From NCBI GenBank assembly GCA_964035545.1, contig OZ037767.1:133480-197479 (forward strand): a stretch of 64,000 bases of DNA. Direction: 5' to 3'. The DNA is from Bugula neritina (Eukaryota; Animalia; Bryozoa). Shown here piece after piece: positions 32,446 to 55,900 of the stretch. A program made the translations under genes and the position numbers. Numbering within the stretch: the stretch's first letter is position 1; each line of letters begins with the position of its first letter. The notes below the pieces were generated by a model. The model was not told the DNA's origin, ran no database searches, and was given only the letters and a program-made list of their open reading frames with translations.

Positions 32446-33499
32446 GTGAAATACGACCTTTAGCTTCTCATGCCAAACTCAATATGACTTGTAAATTACT
32501 TAAAGGTAGCCAAACTAAAGCCAGTAAAACAATTTTTTTCTAAAAATCCCAGTTGACTCAAAGGAACTGCGTAGTTAGATGGGGTTTGGAATTTCCGAGT
32601 ATGGCTGTTACAAAATAGCAACATAATGTAATTGTGTTTTCAATTCAGTTTGACTTTTTACTTATTAGAAAAGTTTTACCAAGAAATGCTTCTCATCAGC
32701 TCATAATTCTCCTTAACGTATACTAAGGCTCACCTTTCACTGTATACATTGAGAGTATGCTCGTCACGGCCTGATTGGGTGGCAGGATTTAGAGCATATT
32801 TATGGTGATAGAAATTAAATTAAGGGCTGAAATAAAAATTGAAGTTTGTGACTAGAATTTTGATTAAAATATTTTTATACTCAACATCTTTCTAGGAGTG
32901 TGAACTTTACATACTCTGTAGCTGTAGCTTAACATGTTTATGTGTTACACAGTGTAGCTTTAGGTTAACATGTAGATGTGACAAAGTCTGTAGCTGTAAG
33001 CGTACAGCATAACAGACCAGGAGAGTAATAATCAATATAATTACAGTCAGCCACTCTGCAGTTTCCAGTATCAGTTTCCTTCAGCACTTGACATAACATA
33101 CATCTTCTCTCTACATGTAATATACACAGAAGTAAAGGAAGTTGGATGTTTGACCTGAGAACATTCACATCAACCCACAGGGATAGAAGCTCTTTACTGA
33201 ATACACATTATGAGCTCTTGAGTATATACAATGAAATGAATCCACCATGTTGAGGGTCCTACTCAGAATAGTTGAGGGTCCTACTCAGAATAGTCGAGGG
33301 TCTATTCAGAATAGTTGAGGGTCTTGTTGTTTCAGCAGCGGTGTAAACTTTGAGCCAGTAATGCTGTGCAAACTGAAAGATCAGGAAACTCTATGAATTG
33401 ATTATTTAAATAAAGTTGGCTGTTTTCATATAAAACTTGTTGAAAATCTGAAGAGTTTACCATTAAAACTCTTTGCTTGAAACAATCAGGAGGAAAACA

Positions 33500-33942
33500 T
33501 AATACTCTGGTAGCAGTAATACTCTGACAGCAGTGATACTCTGGTAGCAGTGATACTCTGGTAGCAGTAATACTCTGGTAGCAGTAATACTCTGGTAGCA
33601 GTAATACTCTGGTAGCAGTAATACTCTGCTAGCAGTAATACTCTGGTAGCAGTGATACTCTGGTAGCAGTAATACTCTGGTAGCAGTAATACTCTGGTAG
33701 CAGTAATACTCTGGTAGCAGTAATACTCTGGTAGCAGTAATACTCTGGTAGCAGTAATACTCTGGTAGCAGTGATACTCTGGTAGCAGTGATACTCTGAC
33801 AGCAGTGATACTCTGGTAGCAGTAATACCCTGGTAGCAGTAATACTCTGGTAGCAGTAATACTCTGGTAGCAGTGATACTCTGACAGCAGTAATACTCTG
33901 ACAGCAGTAATACTCTGACAGCAGTAATACTCTGGTAGCAGC
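33500..33942. repeat. 17-bp minisatellite just upstream of the DEG/ENaC gene 1 start codon
   Basis: Unit tagcagtaatactctgg. Confidence 0.9.
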
Positions 33943-33966
33943 AATAAAGCCAAATTGGGAAATAAT

Positions 33967-41890
<7,924 letters not shown>

Positions 41891-42274
41891 CAACTTATAC
41901 TCACCCTAATATGTTTGACGGTGAAATTAGGAGTATTGAGTGTGAAGATTGTTGTGCTTGGGGTTGATATCACTTTCATATGCATATATTAGTGTCTGTT
42001 TTAGCACCATATCAACATAGAGTGTAATATTATATGATATGACAATATATTATATACATATGATATGACAGTATATTATATACATATGATATGACAGTAT
42101 ATTATATACATATGATATGACAGTACATTATATACATATGATATGACAATATATTATATACATATGATATGATATACTGATAGTATATATGCTTCAAATT
42201 ATATTTCTTTTTGTTGAACTACACTACGGTATATGTGGTGGTTATTTATTAAATAAATCAAAATAGAATGCTAC

Positions 42275-42882
42275 TGTGTACTACATTGACTCTATAACTG
42301 TGTACTACATTGACTATATAACTGTGTACTACATTGACTATATAACTGAGTACTACATTGACTATATAACTGTGTACTACATTGACTATATAACTGTGTA
42401 CTACATTGATTATATAACTGTGTACTACATTGACTATATAACTGAGTACTACACTAACTATATAACTGAGTACTACATTGACTATATAACTGTGTACTAC
42501 ACTGACTATATAACTGTGTACTACATTGACTATATAACTGTGTACTACATTGACTATATAACTGAGTACTACATTGACTATATAACTGAGTACTACATTG
42601 ACTGTATAACTGAGTACTACACTAACTTTATAACTGAGTACTACATTGACTATATAACTGAGTACTACACTAACTATATAACTGAGTACTACATTGACTA
42701 TATAACTGTGTACTACATTGACTATATAACTGTGTACTACATTGACTATATAACTGAGTACTACATTGACTATATAACTGAGTACTACATTGACTATATA
42801 ACTGTGTACTACATTGACTATATAACTGTGTACTACATTGACTATATAACTGTGTACTACATTGACTCTATAACTGAGTACT
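42275..42882. repeat. 24-bp minisatellite
   Basis: Unit tgtgtactacattgactatataac. Confidence 0.9.
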
Positions 42883-43680
42883 CCTACATAAAAAAAGCAG
42901 TGAGCACCATTTTCCCTTTATTCTAAAAGTATTAATTATTATTACAGGTATAGTTATTATGACAAAATTGTATAACACACACATATACGGTATAACACAC
43001 ATAAATTGTATAACACACACATATATGGTATAACACACATATATGGTATGTGACTAAAAGCAATTATTATGCTCCATGAATATTGTATTACAGCATATAA
43101 ATATAATGTGTAAACTCACTAATGTAATGTAACATATTTTGTGTGTACTGTAGTATATACTGTAGTATATACTGCAGTATGTACTGTAGTATATACTACA
43201 GTATATACTGTAGTATATACTGTAGTATATACTGTAGTATATACTGTAGTATGTACTGTGGTATACTGTAGTATATACTACAGTACGTACTACAGTATAT
43301 ACTACAGTATATACTGTAGTATATACTGTAGTATATACTGCAGTACATACTGTAATATATACTGTAGTACATACTGCAGTATATACTACAGTATGTAGTA
43401 CAGTATATACTGTAGTACATACTGTAATATATACTGTAGTACATACTGTATAGTATATTCATAAGACAGCTGCTCTGTGTAATGCTGTACAGGTCTGTAT
43501 GTCCACTCACATTCTGAAATAGATCAACTTTTTTCTAGTTCTTACGTAACATAAACTATATAAGTGTGAGTGGTGACTAGCTCACAGTCACATATAAGTG
43601 TGAGTGGTGACTAGCTCACAGTCACATAGTTTGGTCTGTTTTCCTGGAATTGGAGCATGGAAGTTATTTCTGACTGACTC

Positions 43681-44212
43681 CAGATGGTACTAGCTGCTGT
43701 GACCTCAAAGGTCAGATGGTACTAGCTGCTGTGACCTCAAAGGTCAGGTGTTACTAGCTGCTGTGACCTCAAAGGTCAGGTGGTACTAGCTGCTGTGACC
43801 TCAAAGGTCAGGTGGTACTAGCTGCTGTGACCTCAAAGGTCAGGTGGTACTAGCTGCTGTGACCTCAAAGGTCAGGTGGTACTAGCTGCTGTGACCTCAA
43901 AGGTCAGGTGGTACTAGCTGCTGTGACCTCAAAGGTCAGATGGTACTAGCTGCCGTGACCTCAAAGGTCAGATAGTACTAGCTGCTGTGACCTCAAAGGT
44001 CAGGTGGTACTAGCTGCTGTGACCTCAAAGGTCAGGTGGTACTAGCTGCTGTGACCTCAAAGGTCAGGTGGTACTAGCTGCTGTGACCTCAAAGGTCAGG
44101 TGGTACTAGCTGCTGTGACCTCAAAGGTCAGGTGTTACTAGCTGTTGTGACCTCAAAGGTCAGGTGGTACTAGCTGCTGTGACCTCAAAGGTCAGGTGGT
44201 ACTAGCTGCTGT
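43681..44212. repeat. 32-bp minisatellite (about 16 copies) containing TGACCTcaaAGGTCA
   Basis: Unit ggtactagctgctgtgacctcaaaggtcaggt. Confidence 0.9.
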
Positions 44213-44984
44213 TACTCTAGGTCAAGGTTGCTCTGCTTCGTCGTCAACTGGCTGAACAACTAAAAATCAAAGCTTGTTTTAGCGCCAAACTTGAGTACAA
44301 AGAAATTCATATCAATTGTATTAACATGTTCACATTGTTGAGCTAGCTAGATGACATCATCTGGAGTTATGTGCTCCTGTATACTTACTCAGAGCAGATG
44401 ATAGTCTGGTTAATCGGCGCTCCAACTCTATAAGAGAAACAGACATCCTCATAAATCAAAAGCCTGTAAAAATCTTATACGCAAAGTTGTAAGTTCATGC
44501 TTTTCAAAGTAAATAGTATAAACTCTTAAAATGAGATTTTACATAAAAAGAACAATTTCAGTAAAAAATAGATTGATATTAATATAGCAATGACCATATT
44601 ATATAACTTATGGTATATTGTAATGGTTCAGAATGTGAAGTATAGTATAGTACGTTACATAACTTACAAATTTTCAATTAAGCCTGTTCCATAAACATAT
44701 TGCATTATAGGAAGAACATTTATCAAAATAAATTAACATATTATAATAAAAACTTAATGTTTTTATTATAATATGTTAATTCGTCTTTAGTTCCAAATGT
44801 TTTTTGTTACAGACTATTGAACATAGAATTTGTTATACAACTTTAAAATGCATTTTTTAAAAGCACTGAAAACATTGCTGTTCTAGTAGTTAATAAACTG
44901 CATGTTGCTATAATTCATGAATACCATTTAATTCAGAATGCCATGTTCTCCATATGTCATGCAATTTTTGAAGCTCTTTTTGAA

Positions 44985-45250
44985 GTTTAGGCAATTTACT
45001 GCGGAGTTCATGTAATTCTTTTCGGAGTTCAGGCAATTCACTGCGGAGTTCATGTAATTCTTTTCGGAGTTCAGGCAATTCACTGCGGAGTTCATGTAAT
45101 TCTTTTCGGAGTTCAGGCAATTCACTGCGGAGTTCATATAATTCTTTTTGGAGTTCAGGCAATTCACTGCGGAGTTCATGTAATTCTTTTCGGAGTTCAG
45201 GCAATTCACTGCGGAGTTCATGTAATTCTTTTTGTAGTTCAGGCAATTCA
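44985..45250 (-). repeat. 42-bp tandem repeat, open in a coiled-coil frame (ELPELRKELHELRS); possible exon
   Basis: ORF 44908..45264; preceded on the minus strand by an acceptor-like ttattttag. Confidence 0.5.
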
Positions 45251-46160
45251 CCACTTCTTTTCACTAAAATAAGTACAATAATTATATAGAGCTTGCTTGA
45301 ATTTGTTACTAGTTTAGTGTTGGTATAGTTTAGTTTTAGTAGTTTAGTGTTAGCAGTTTAGCATTGGTAGTTTAGTGTTACTATAGTTTAATGTTGGTAG
45401 TTTAGTTTTAGTAGTTTAGTGTTAGGCCCAATCAAGAAAGTTACACCTTACACCCACTTTGAATAATAGCGAATCATGAATATCATATTGAATCATATGA
45501 AAATATGACTTTGTGACGTAGCAAGGTTGTAGTATTACTAATGTATGATAATCCAAAGCAAAATCTTAAATCCTTAGACACCATATAGCACTATATAGAC
45601 AGTAGATTCTACAGTTGGGGAAGCCCAGTGGAAAACTTTAGGTAGGTTATGCCTAGTCCTTGTCAAGTTGAAAAGGCCACACACAAAAGCAACATTTTCT
45701 ATTGTTTACTTTAGAGAGTTTCTTATCACATCAGAATTGCGCAAATAGATTTCCTTTCTTTTTCTGGTGCCAAAAATAATTCTTTCCGGCTAATCAAATT
45801 ACAAATATAACAGTGAACTTAACAAATTTTGGATACCTTTTGGATAAATCATAATGTTCCAGAGGGTAACGGAAGTTTTCAATTTGTTCATATGTGCAAT
45901 TTGGTAAATGAAGAAACCAATTAACCCTTAATCAAAAATTAATCTAAAAGAAGGAGAAATGATGCAGAAGTGTATTATATGCAACAATTTTACAACTGAA
46001 TAACTCTCAATCATCATAACAGAGCATATAAGAGATGCCATGCCTAATTGTTACTCATACTTACCTTCCACAGGTTTATGTTTGAATTCAAGTCTTAAAT
46101 TGGGTCTAAAATTGAACAGAACTACTTGTGAGTAGTTTTAGGTGAGCTCTGTGTGGTAAC

Positions 46161-49100
46161 TATATGCTGGGATATTATTATATGCTGAGATATTATTATA
46201 TGCTGGGATATTATTGTATGCTGGGATATTATTGTATGCTGAGATATTATTATATGCTGGGATATTATTGTATGCTGGGATATTATTGTATGCTGGGATA
46301 TTATTGTATGCTGGGATATTATTATATGCTGGGATATTATTATATGCTGAGATATTATTATATGCTGGGATATTATTATATGCTGGGATATTATTGTATG
46401 CTGGGATATTATTATATGCTGGGATATTATTATATGCTGGGATATTATTATATGCTGGGATATTATTATATGCTGAGATATTATTATATGCTGGGATATT
46501 ATTATATGCTGGGATATTATTATATGCTGGGATATTATTGTATGCTGGGATATTATTATATGCTGGGATATTATTATATGCTGAGATATTATTATATGCT
46601 GGGATATTATTATATGCTGGGATATTATTATATGTTGGGATATTATTATATGCTGGGATATTATTATATGTTGGGATATTATTATATGCTGGGATATTAT
46701 TATATGCTGGGATATTATTGTATGCTGGGATATTATTATATGCTGGGATATTATTATATGCTGAGATATTATTATATGCTGGGATATTATTATATGCTGG
46801 GATATTATTATATGCTGGGATATTATTATATGCTGAGATATTATTGTATGCTGGGATATTATTATATGCTGGGATATTATTATATGCTGGGATATTATTA
46901 TATGCTGGGATATTATTATATGCTGGGATATTATTATATGCTGGGATATTATTATATGCTGGGATATTATTATATGCTGGGATATTACTGTATGCTGGGA
47001 TATTATTATATGCTGAGATATTATTATATGCTGGGATATTATTATATGCTGGGATATTATTGTATGCTGGGATATTATTATATGCTGGGATATTATTGTA
47101 TGCTGGGATATTATTATATGCTGGGATATTATTATATGCTGGGATATTATTGTATGCTGGGATATTATTATATGCTGGGATATTATTATATGCTGGGATA
47201 TTATTATATGCTGGGATATTATTATATGTTGGGATATTATTATATGCTGGGATATTATTATATGTTGGGATATTATTATATGCTGGGATATTATTATATG
47301 CTGGGATATTATTATATGCTGGGATATTATTGTATGCTGGGATATTATTATATGCTGGGATATTATTGTATGCTGGGATATTATTATATGCTGGGATATT
47401 ATTATATGCTGAGATATTATTATATGTTGGGATATTATTATATGCTGGGATATTATTATATGCTGGGATATTATTGTATGCTGGGATATTATTATATGCT
47501 GGGATATTATTATATGCTGGGATATTATTATATGCTGGGATATTATTATATGCTGGGATATTATTATATGCTGGGATATTATTGTATGCTGGGATATTAT
47601 TATATGCTGGGATATTATTGTATGCTGGGATATTATTATATGCTGGGATATTATTATATGCTGGGATATTATTATATGCTGGGATATTATTATATGTTGG
47701 GATATTATTATATGCTGAGATATTATTGTATGCTGGGATATTATTATATGCTGGGATATTATTATATGCTGAGATATTATTATATGCTGGGATATTATTA
47801 TATGCTGGGATATTATTATATGCTGGGATATTATTATATGTTGGGATATTATTATATGCTGGGATATTACTGTATGCTGGGATATTATTATATGCTGAGA
47901 TATTATTGTATGCTGGGATATTATTATATGCTGGGATATTATTATATGCTGGGATATTATTATATGCTGGGATATTATTATATGCTGGGATATTATTATA
48001 TGCTGAGATATTATTGTATGCTGGGATATTATTATATGCTGGGATATTATTATATGCTGGGATATTATTGTATGCTGGGATATTATTATATGCTGGGATA
48101 TTATTATATGCTGGGATATTATTATATGCTGGGATATTATTATATGCTGGGATATTATTGTATGCTGGGATATTATTATATGCTGGGATATTATTGTATG
48201 CTGGGATATTATTATATGCTGGGATATTATTATATGCTGGGATATTATTATATGCTGGGATATAATTATATGCTGGGATATTATTATATGCTGGGATATT
48301 ATTGTATGCTGAGATATTATTATATGCTGGGATATTATTATATGCTGGGATATTATTATATGCTGAGATATTATTATATGTTGGGATATTATTATATGCT
48401 GGGATATTATTATATGCTGGGATATTATTATATGCTGGGATATTATTATATGCTGGGATATTATTATATGCTGGGATATTATTATATGCTGGGATATTAT
48501 TGTATGCTGGGATATTATTATATGCTGGGATATTATTGTATGCTGGGATATTATTATATGCTGGGATATTATTATATGCTGGGATATTATTATATGCTGG
48601 GATATAATTATATGCTGGGATATTATTATATGCTGGGATATTATTGTATGCTGAGATATTATTATATGCTGGGATATTATTATATGCTGGGATATTATTA
48701 TATGCTGAGATATTATTATATGTTGGGATATTATTATATGCTGGGATATTATTATATGCTGGGATATTATTATATGTTGGGATATTATTATATGCTGGGA
48801 TATTATTGTATGCTGAGATATTATTGTATGCTGGGATATTATTATATGCTGAGATATTACTGTATGCTGGGATATTATTGTATGCTGGGATATTATTGTA
48901 TGCTGGGATATTATTATATGCTGGGATATTATTGTATGCTGGGATATTATTATATGCTGAGATATTATTGTATGCTGGGATATTATTGTATGCTGGGATA
49001 TTATTGTATGCTGGGATATTATTATATGCTGGGATATTATTATATGCTGGGATATTATTATATGCTGGGATATTATTATATGTTGGGATATTATTATATG

Positions 49101-49310
49101 CTGGGATATTATTGTATGCTGAGATATTATTGTATGCTGGGATATTATTATATGCTGAGATATTACTGTATGCTGGGATATTATTATATGCTGGGATATT
49201 ATTGTATGCTGGGATATTATTATATGCTGGGATATTATTGTATGCTGGGATATTATTATATGCTGGGATATTATTATATGCTGGGATATTATTATATGCT
49301 GAGATATATA
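46161..49310. repeat. 18-bp satellite, about 175 copies
   Basis: Unit atgctgggatattattat. Confidence 0.97.
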
Positions 49311-52300
49311 ACTATATGTTCATATTATGTTTATGTATATATATATATATAATATTATGTATATGTATATAATATTATGTATATATATATAATATTATAT
49401 AGGCCTATATGTATTTAATATTATGCATATATATATATATATATATATAATATTATATAGGCCTATATGTATATAATATTATGTATATATTATGTATATA
49501 TTGTGTATACAAACAGAAAGTGCTAGAGAACCCACTTCCTGTCTACATACAAGTCTGTGAATTTAGAACTAAAACTTTCAAATGCAGAATATCTCAAAAT
49601 TCAGAAACATGTGATTAGAGACTTATTGCACTGTTTGCTTAGTTACAGGAAGTGTAGAATCATCTCCTCTTACAGTACGGAGTCATGCTGCAAATGATAT
49701 TTCTATTTTACTGCATAGTCTGCATAATCTAACACGGGTACTAAAACTAAGTTGGCCTTCTTTGACATTAACAACATTCATGTTGAGCCACGGAACTGGA
49801 AGAATTCTAAATAGAGAGAAAACTGTCAATAGAAAATTTATGTTAATATGATAACTACAGTTGAATTTCCTGTTAAACTGTTGTTTGCATAAAGCAAATC
49901 AATTTTGCAAAGCAGCCCCTATACTTTCTGAATCTTATTAATATGCAAAAGTTTATAATGGAGTCATAGCAACTGCATAGCAACTACATAGCAACCACGA
50001 AACAACTACATAGCAACCGCATAGCAACCACACCTGTACATGATTTGCTGGTTAGCTGGAGTCTTCAAGTCTGGGTAGTGCAAGTATCTTCTAAGATGTC
50101 TTCCATCGGATATGTAGTTTTGTGAAGGAATAATAATAAAAGATGATAACTCCTTAAACCTGCAAAATAATATTATGTTTTGTTAAAATGTAAATCTTCA
50201 TTTTTGGAGATGACAGTTGTTTCAATAACATTCTTAGTATTGTATTTTATTGATTGCAGTCTAATTAGAATAGAATATGGTTAGCTAGTGTGAAAGTGAA
50301 AGACCATTATTATTACAGGAATATTACATAAAAGCTAGCTATCAGTTATTGTAGTAATGAGCCAATTAAAACAACCTTACATCTCTGCTACATTTTACTT
50401 TGATTTGGTTAGCGCGTGTGTACTAGTTTGCTATAATGTATAAGATAGTATAAAACACTTCCCTTTACCTCCCTGGGTGAGTCCAGCTGCTCATGAATCT
50501 TCTTTGTGGAGAGACTTCCTCTGCATTCCGACTGCCACAAACAATAAGTTAATGTGAATAAATAATACATAGCACTTAGTATACACTGGGCTGGTAACAC
50601 AGCTATTCTGCCAGCCAAATAGAATATTATATTTCACACAATAGGTTGAAGTATACAGGCCCTCCTAGTCAGCGTTTATCACCACATGATAAGATAGTGA
50701 TGAAAGACACCACCACTTTCGTACTTAGACCTGGCGGTACAGTAGTTTCATTATAACAAGCTGATACGTGGTAAGGGCTCATATATCCACTATATGGTAG
50801 TTCCTTGTCATATGTAGCTTGTAGTTATACAAGCTTGTGGTTATACATTGTGTGAATGGTGGAACAGCTTTTAACACATTATCATGAATTATTATCCAAC
50901 TTGAAAAGTACTTGAAGTTTTACACTATACCTACTTATTCAGCATACTAATAGTGTTACTTTGTTAGTATGTTAGTATGTTACTATATTACTATATTACT
51001 ATATTACTATATTACTATATTATATTACGTTATATTGTAAACTCACAATCTCTTAGCATACTCTTCCAACACAAAGCCATTACTTCCCCATTCATTACTA
51101 GCACAGCCACTCCTTCTGTACTCTCCCGTACGAATCTCTTCTTTCTCAAATATGGCTGCAGCTGATCCATCATTTGGTACCCCTGTGCCATTTCTTTGCT
51201 CTTCAAGTTTTCAACATCATATATTATAATTGTTACAATGGTTATATAATATCATATATTAATGTAGTTATTAAAAGCTTATACCAAATTTACTGTCTCA
51301 AGTGACAAGTCTTCTTTTGTTATGTCTGAGAAATACTAGACTCATTCTTGTTTAACATTCCCCCTCTTTGTGAGAACCCCAGCCTCCACCCCTGTGAGAA
51401 CCCCCAATTGCTCTGCTGCAGCTCAAACCTAGCAATACTATATATATATATATATATATATAGTATTGCACTATTATAAATGTTTTAAATAGAATATGTA
51501 TACTACTATATTACCACATAGATATAGATGAATATTACTATACGTAGTATAATACTATTATATAATATAACACTACTATATACAGTACAGATATGATGTT
51601 ATATATAGAAGATATATTACTATATAGAAAGAAGATATATTACCATATAGAAAGAAGATATATTACTATATTATAGAAAGAAGATATATTACTATATAGA
51701 AAGAAGATATATTACCATATAGAAAGAAGATATATTACTATATTATAGAAAGAAGATATATTACTATATAGAAAGAAGATATATTACTATATAGAAAGAA
51801 GATATATTACTATATAGAAAGAAGATATATTACTATATTATAGAAAGAAGATTATTACTATATAGAAAGAAGATATATTACTATATTATAGAAAGAAGAT
51901 ATATTACTAACCTGAGAGCTGAGTAGAAGAAAGCTTTAACCTCAGAAACTTCAAAAGTTTACTCTTAATTTTATACATCTTTCAGGTTCTACATGGACTA
52001 GCCGGACCAAACCTTAAAACTCTACACTCTAAACACTCTGTGATACGTAAGCAAATGATGGGCATTCAAATCCAGCTCAGAGAGATGCAGCAAATCATAC
52101 AAAATATGGTTTTCTCAATCGAAAGCAAAAACGCCTCTCGAACTTTGTCCACAGTTAACGTCAACTGAAAGAGTCTCTATGAACTAACCTTATTGTCATT
52201 TGATTAGGCTAACAAAATGTAATCAGCCGTTTCATAATATAGCAGTTTAATTTTCCAACTTCCTCAACGAATGCGTATATTATTAGTATATTATCAGTAC

Positions 52301-52912
52301 ATTATCAGTATATTTTCAGTATATATGACTATGGTACCACTCTGTATTAAAGTGTACGTACTAACTTACTAATTTCTTATAACAAGTAGAACTCTGAAAA
52401 AGTACTGCATAGTGAAAGCTAGCAATTCTTTACAAAACACTTACATTGGGCTTCAGGGTCTTTAGTTAGAGTTATTCTCTTATGTTAATTTCAAAGTGAA
52501 AGACCAACGGAAAAGTATTCTTTCGTGAAACATGTTATTGTATTTGTTCATGTTGAAGCATATAAAAATAGGCAGCTTAGTAATAGTTATAACTTCTTTT
52601 ATTATGGCAGTTATATTATTAGGATATAATATAGAAACATAATATTAATATATTAGCACAATGATACAATAACATAATAATATAATACTAACACACTGTA
52701 TACATAATATATAATATAAACAGTTGGGCGAGATTCCAAGTATGGCAAGTGATACATAAAACAGAATAGTCATATGACTTTATGTATATTTGTATTTAAA
52801 TAAGCTAGTTAAGCTACCCTAGCCCAGCTACCCTAGCCCAGCTACCCTAGCCCAGCTGTTTCGGCTTGGATTTCCTAGCTAGGTTGTCCTAGCCAAAGAA
52901 GATGAGGATAGT

Positions 52913-55900
52913 CTAATACCGGACAAAGTCATTTCTGGGCTGAATGTGGATGAGAGTGGAATTAGAAACCCTCTTCTTCTGTCTAAACCGATGTAGACTC
53001 CGCACTATGCTGTTCACTCCGAACTGTATGAACTCGCAGATTGTAAGTAGACTGGCTCCAATACAAACTCCTAGAGTTCCTCCCAGACTCGCTGTTACAA
53101 TACAATATAATACAATACAATGCAGTACAATACACACTTCTAGAGTTCCACCCAGACTCGCTGTTACAATACAATATAATACAATACAATGCAGTACAAT
53201 ACACATTCCTAGAGTTCCACCCAGACTCGCTGTTACAATACAATATCTCGATGGTAAGGAATAATCAACAAATGATGTCTAACTAGATATCACTAAGACT
53301 CTTATTAATTCTCACCAATGATGTCAAATACTCCGTAAGCGATCTCTTCTTCTAGGAAGTCATAGCTGAGAGAGTTGAAGTATATCCCGGCTGTCATCAT
53401 GTTCTTCTCCATGTAACCTTGATATGTGTCTGCAACTACAAGAGAGTGTGACTACTCAGTGTGACTACTCAGTGTGACTACTCAGTGTGACTACTCAGTG
53501 TGACTACTCAGTGTGACTACTCAGTGTGACTACTCAGTGTGACTACTCAGTGTGACTGCTCAGTGTGACTGCTCAGTGTGACTGCTTAGTGTGACTACTC
53601 AGTGTGACTACTTAGTATGAGTACTTAGTGTGACTACTCAGTGTGACTACTCAGTATGACTACTCAGTGTGACTACTCAGTATGAGTACTTAGTGTGACT
53701 ACTTAGTGTGACTACTAAGTGTGACTACTCAGTGTGACTACTTAGTGTGACTTACTTCCATCTCCGTAGATATCTCGGACGTACATAGGATTGGGGTACT
53801 TAGTGATGGCCGCATTGGCCTTGTAGTTATACTCAGTGCACGTGCTGTTACACTGACACACATCTTCCAGGTATTCATAGAATTCAGTTAGATCTACAAC
53901 CATAATATGTTGTTACTATGTAATATAGTAGCGTATTACTATGTAATATAGTAGCGTATTACTACGTAATATAGTAGCGTATTACTACGTAATATAGTAG
54001 TGTATTACTATGTAATATATTAGCATATTACTATGTAATATAGTAGCGTATTACTATGTAATATAGTAGTGTATTACTATGTAATATAGTAGCATATTAC
54101 TATGTAATATAGTAGCATATTACTATGTAATATAGTAGTGTATTACTATGTAATATAGTAGCATATTACTATGTAATATAGTAGCGTATTACTATGTAAT
54201 ATAGTAGCGTATTACTATGTAATATAGTAGCGTATTACTATGTAATATATTAGCGTATTACTATGTAATATATCAGTGTATTACTATGTAATATAGTAGC
54301 ATATTACTATGTAATATAGTAGCGTATTACTACGTAATATAGTAGTGTATTACTATGTAATATAGTAGCGTATTACTACGTAATATATTAGCGTATTACT
54401 ATGTAATATAGTAGTGTATTACTATGTAATATAGTAGCGTATTACTATGTAATATAGTAGCGTATTACTACGTAATATAGTAGTGTATTACTATGTAATA
54501 TAGTAGCGTATTACTACGTAATATATTAGCGTATTACTATGTAATATAGTAGCGTATTACTATGTAATATAATAGCGTATAACTATGTAATATAGTAGCG
54601 TATTACTATGTAATATAGTAGTGTATTACTATGTAATATAATAGCGTATAACTATGTAATATAGTAGCGTATTACTACGTAATATATTAGTGTATTACTA
54701 TGTAATATAGTAGCGTATTACTACGTAATATAGTAGTGTATTACTACGTAATATATTAGTGTATTACTATGTAATATAGTAGCGTATTACTATGTAATAT
54801 AGTAGCGTATTACTATGTAATATAGTAGCGTATTACTATGTAATATAGTAGCGTATTACTATGTAATATATTAGTGTATTACTATGTAATATAGTAGCGT
54901 ATTACTATGTAATATAGTAGCGTATTACTATGTAATATATTAGTGTATTACTATGTAATATAGTAGTGTATTACTATGTAATATATTAGTGTATTACTAT
55001 GTAATATAGTAGCGTATTATTATGTAATATATTAGTGTATTACTATGTAATATAGTAGTGTATTACTATGTAATATATTAGTGTATTACTATGTAATATA
55101 GTAGCGTATTACTATGTAATATATTAGTGTATTACTATGTAATATAGTAGCGTATTACTATGTAATATAGTAGCGTATTACTATGTAATATATTAGTGTA
55201 TTACTATGTAATATAGTAGTGTATTACTATGTAATATATTAGTGTATTACTATGTAATATAGTAGCGTATTATTATGTAATATATTAGTGTATTACTATG
55301 TAATATAGTAGTGTATTACTATGTAATATATTAGTGTATTACTATGTAATATAGTAGTGTATTACTACGTAATATAGTAGCGTATTACTACGTACGACTA
55401 AAATTTTATGGTCAACCAAGTAACATATTACAGCACATTATCAAACTTTGAACTTACTTGACTTTCCTAGTATGCAGGACATGAAAGTTTGAGGGTTGCA
55501 TATGTCGGCTCCCCCAACAGCTGCAATATTACATTCGATAAACTTAGCCTATGTGTCACTAAAACAATATACTGGCTGCAGTAATAGCCCAATATAGCAG
55601 ATGTATTCTAGCATACTAAGATGTGCGAGTATAGATATAGTATAGACAGAGTATAGACAGAGTATAGACAGTGTATAGACAGAGTATAGACAGTGTATAG
55701 ACAGAGTATAGACAGAGTGTAGACAGAGTATAGACAGAGTATAGAGAGAGTATAGAGAGAGTATAGACAGAGTATAGACAGAGTATAGAGAGAGTATAGA
55801 CAGAGTATAAACAGAGTATAAATAGTGTATAGATATGGTTGATGGCGTTACCAGGCTCAAAGAAGTGACGACAGCCACACTTTTCAATGGAGTAGTTGGC

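Noticed and set aside
46164-49372. 1062-aa and 683-aa ORFs (MLGYYY / YAGILL repeats)
   Set aside because: By-product of an 18-bp satellite lacking stops in two frames; no unique coding flank.
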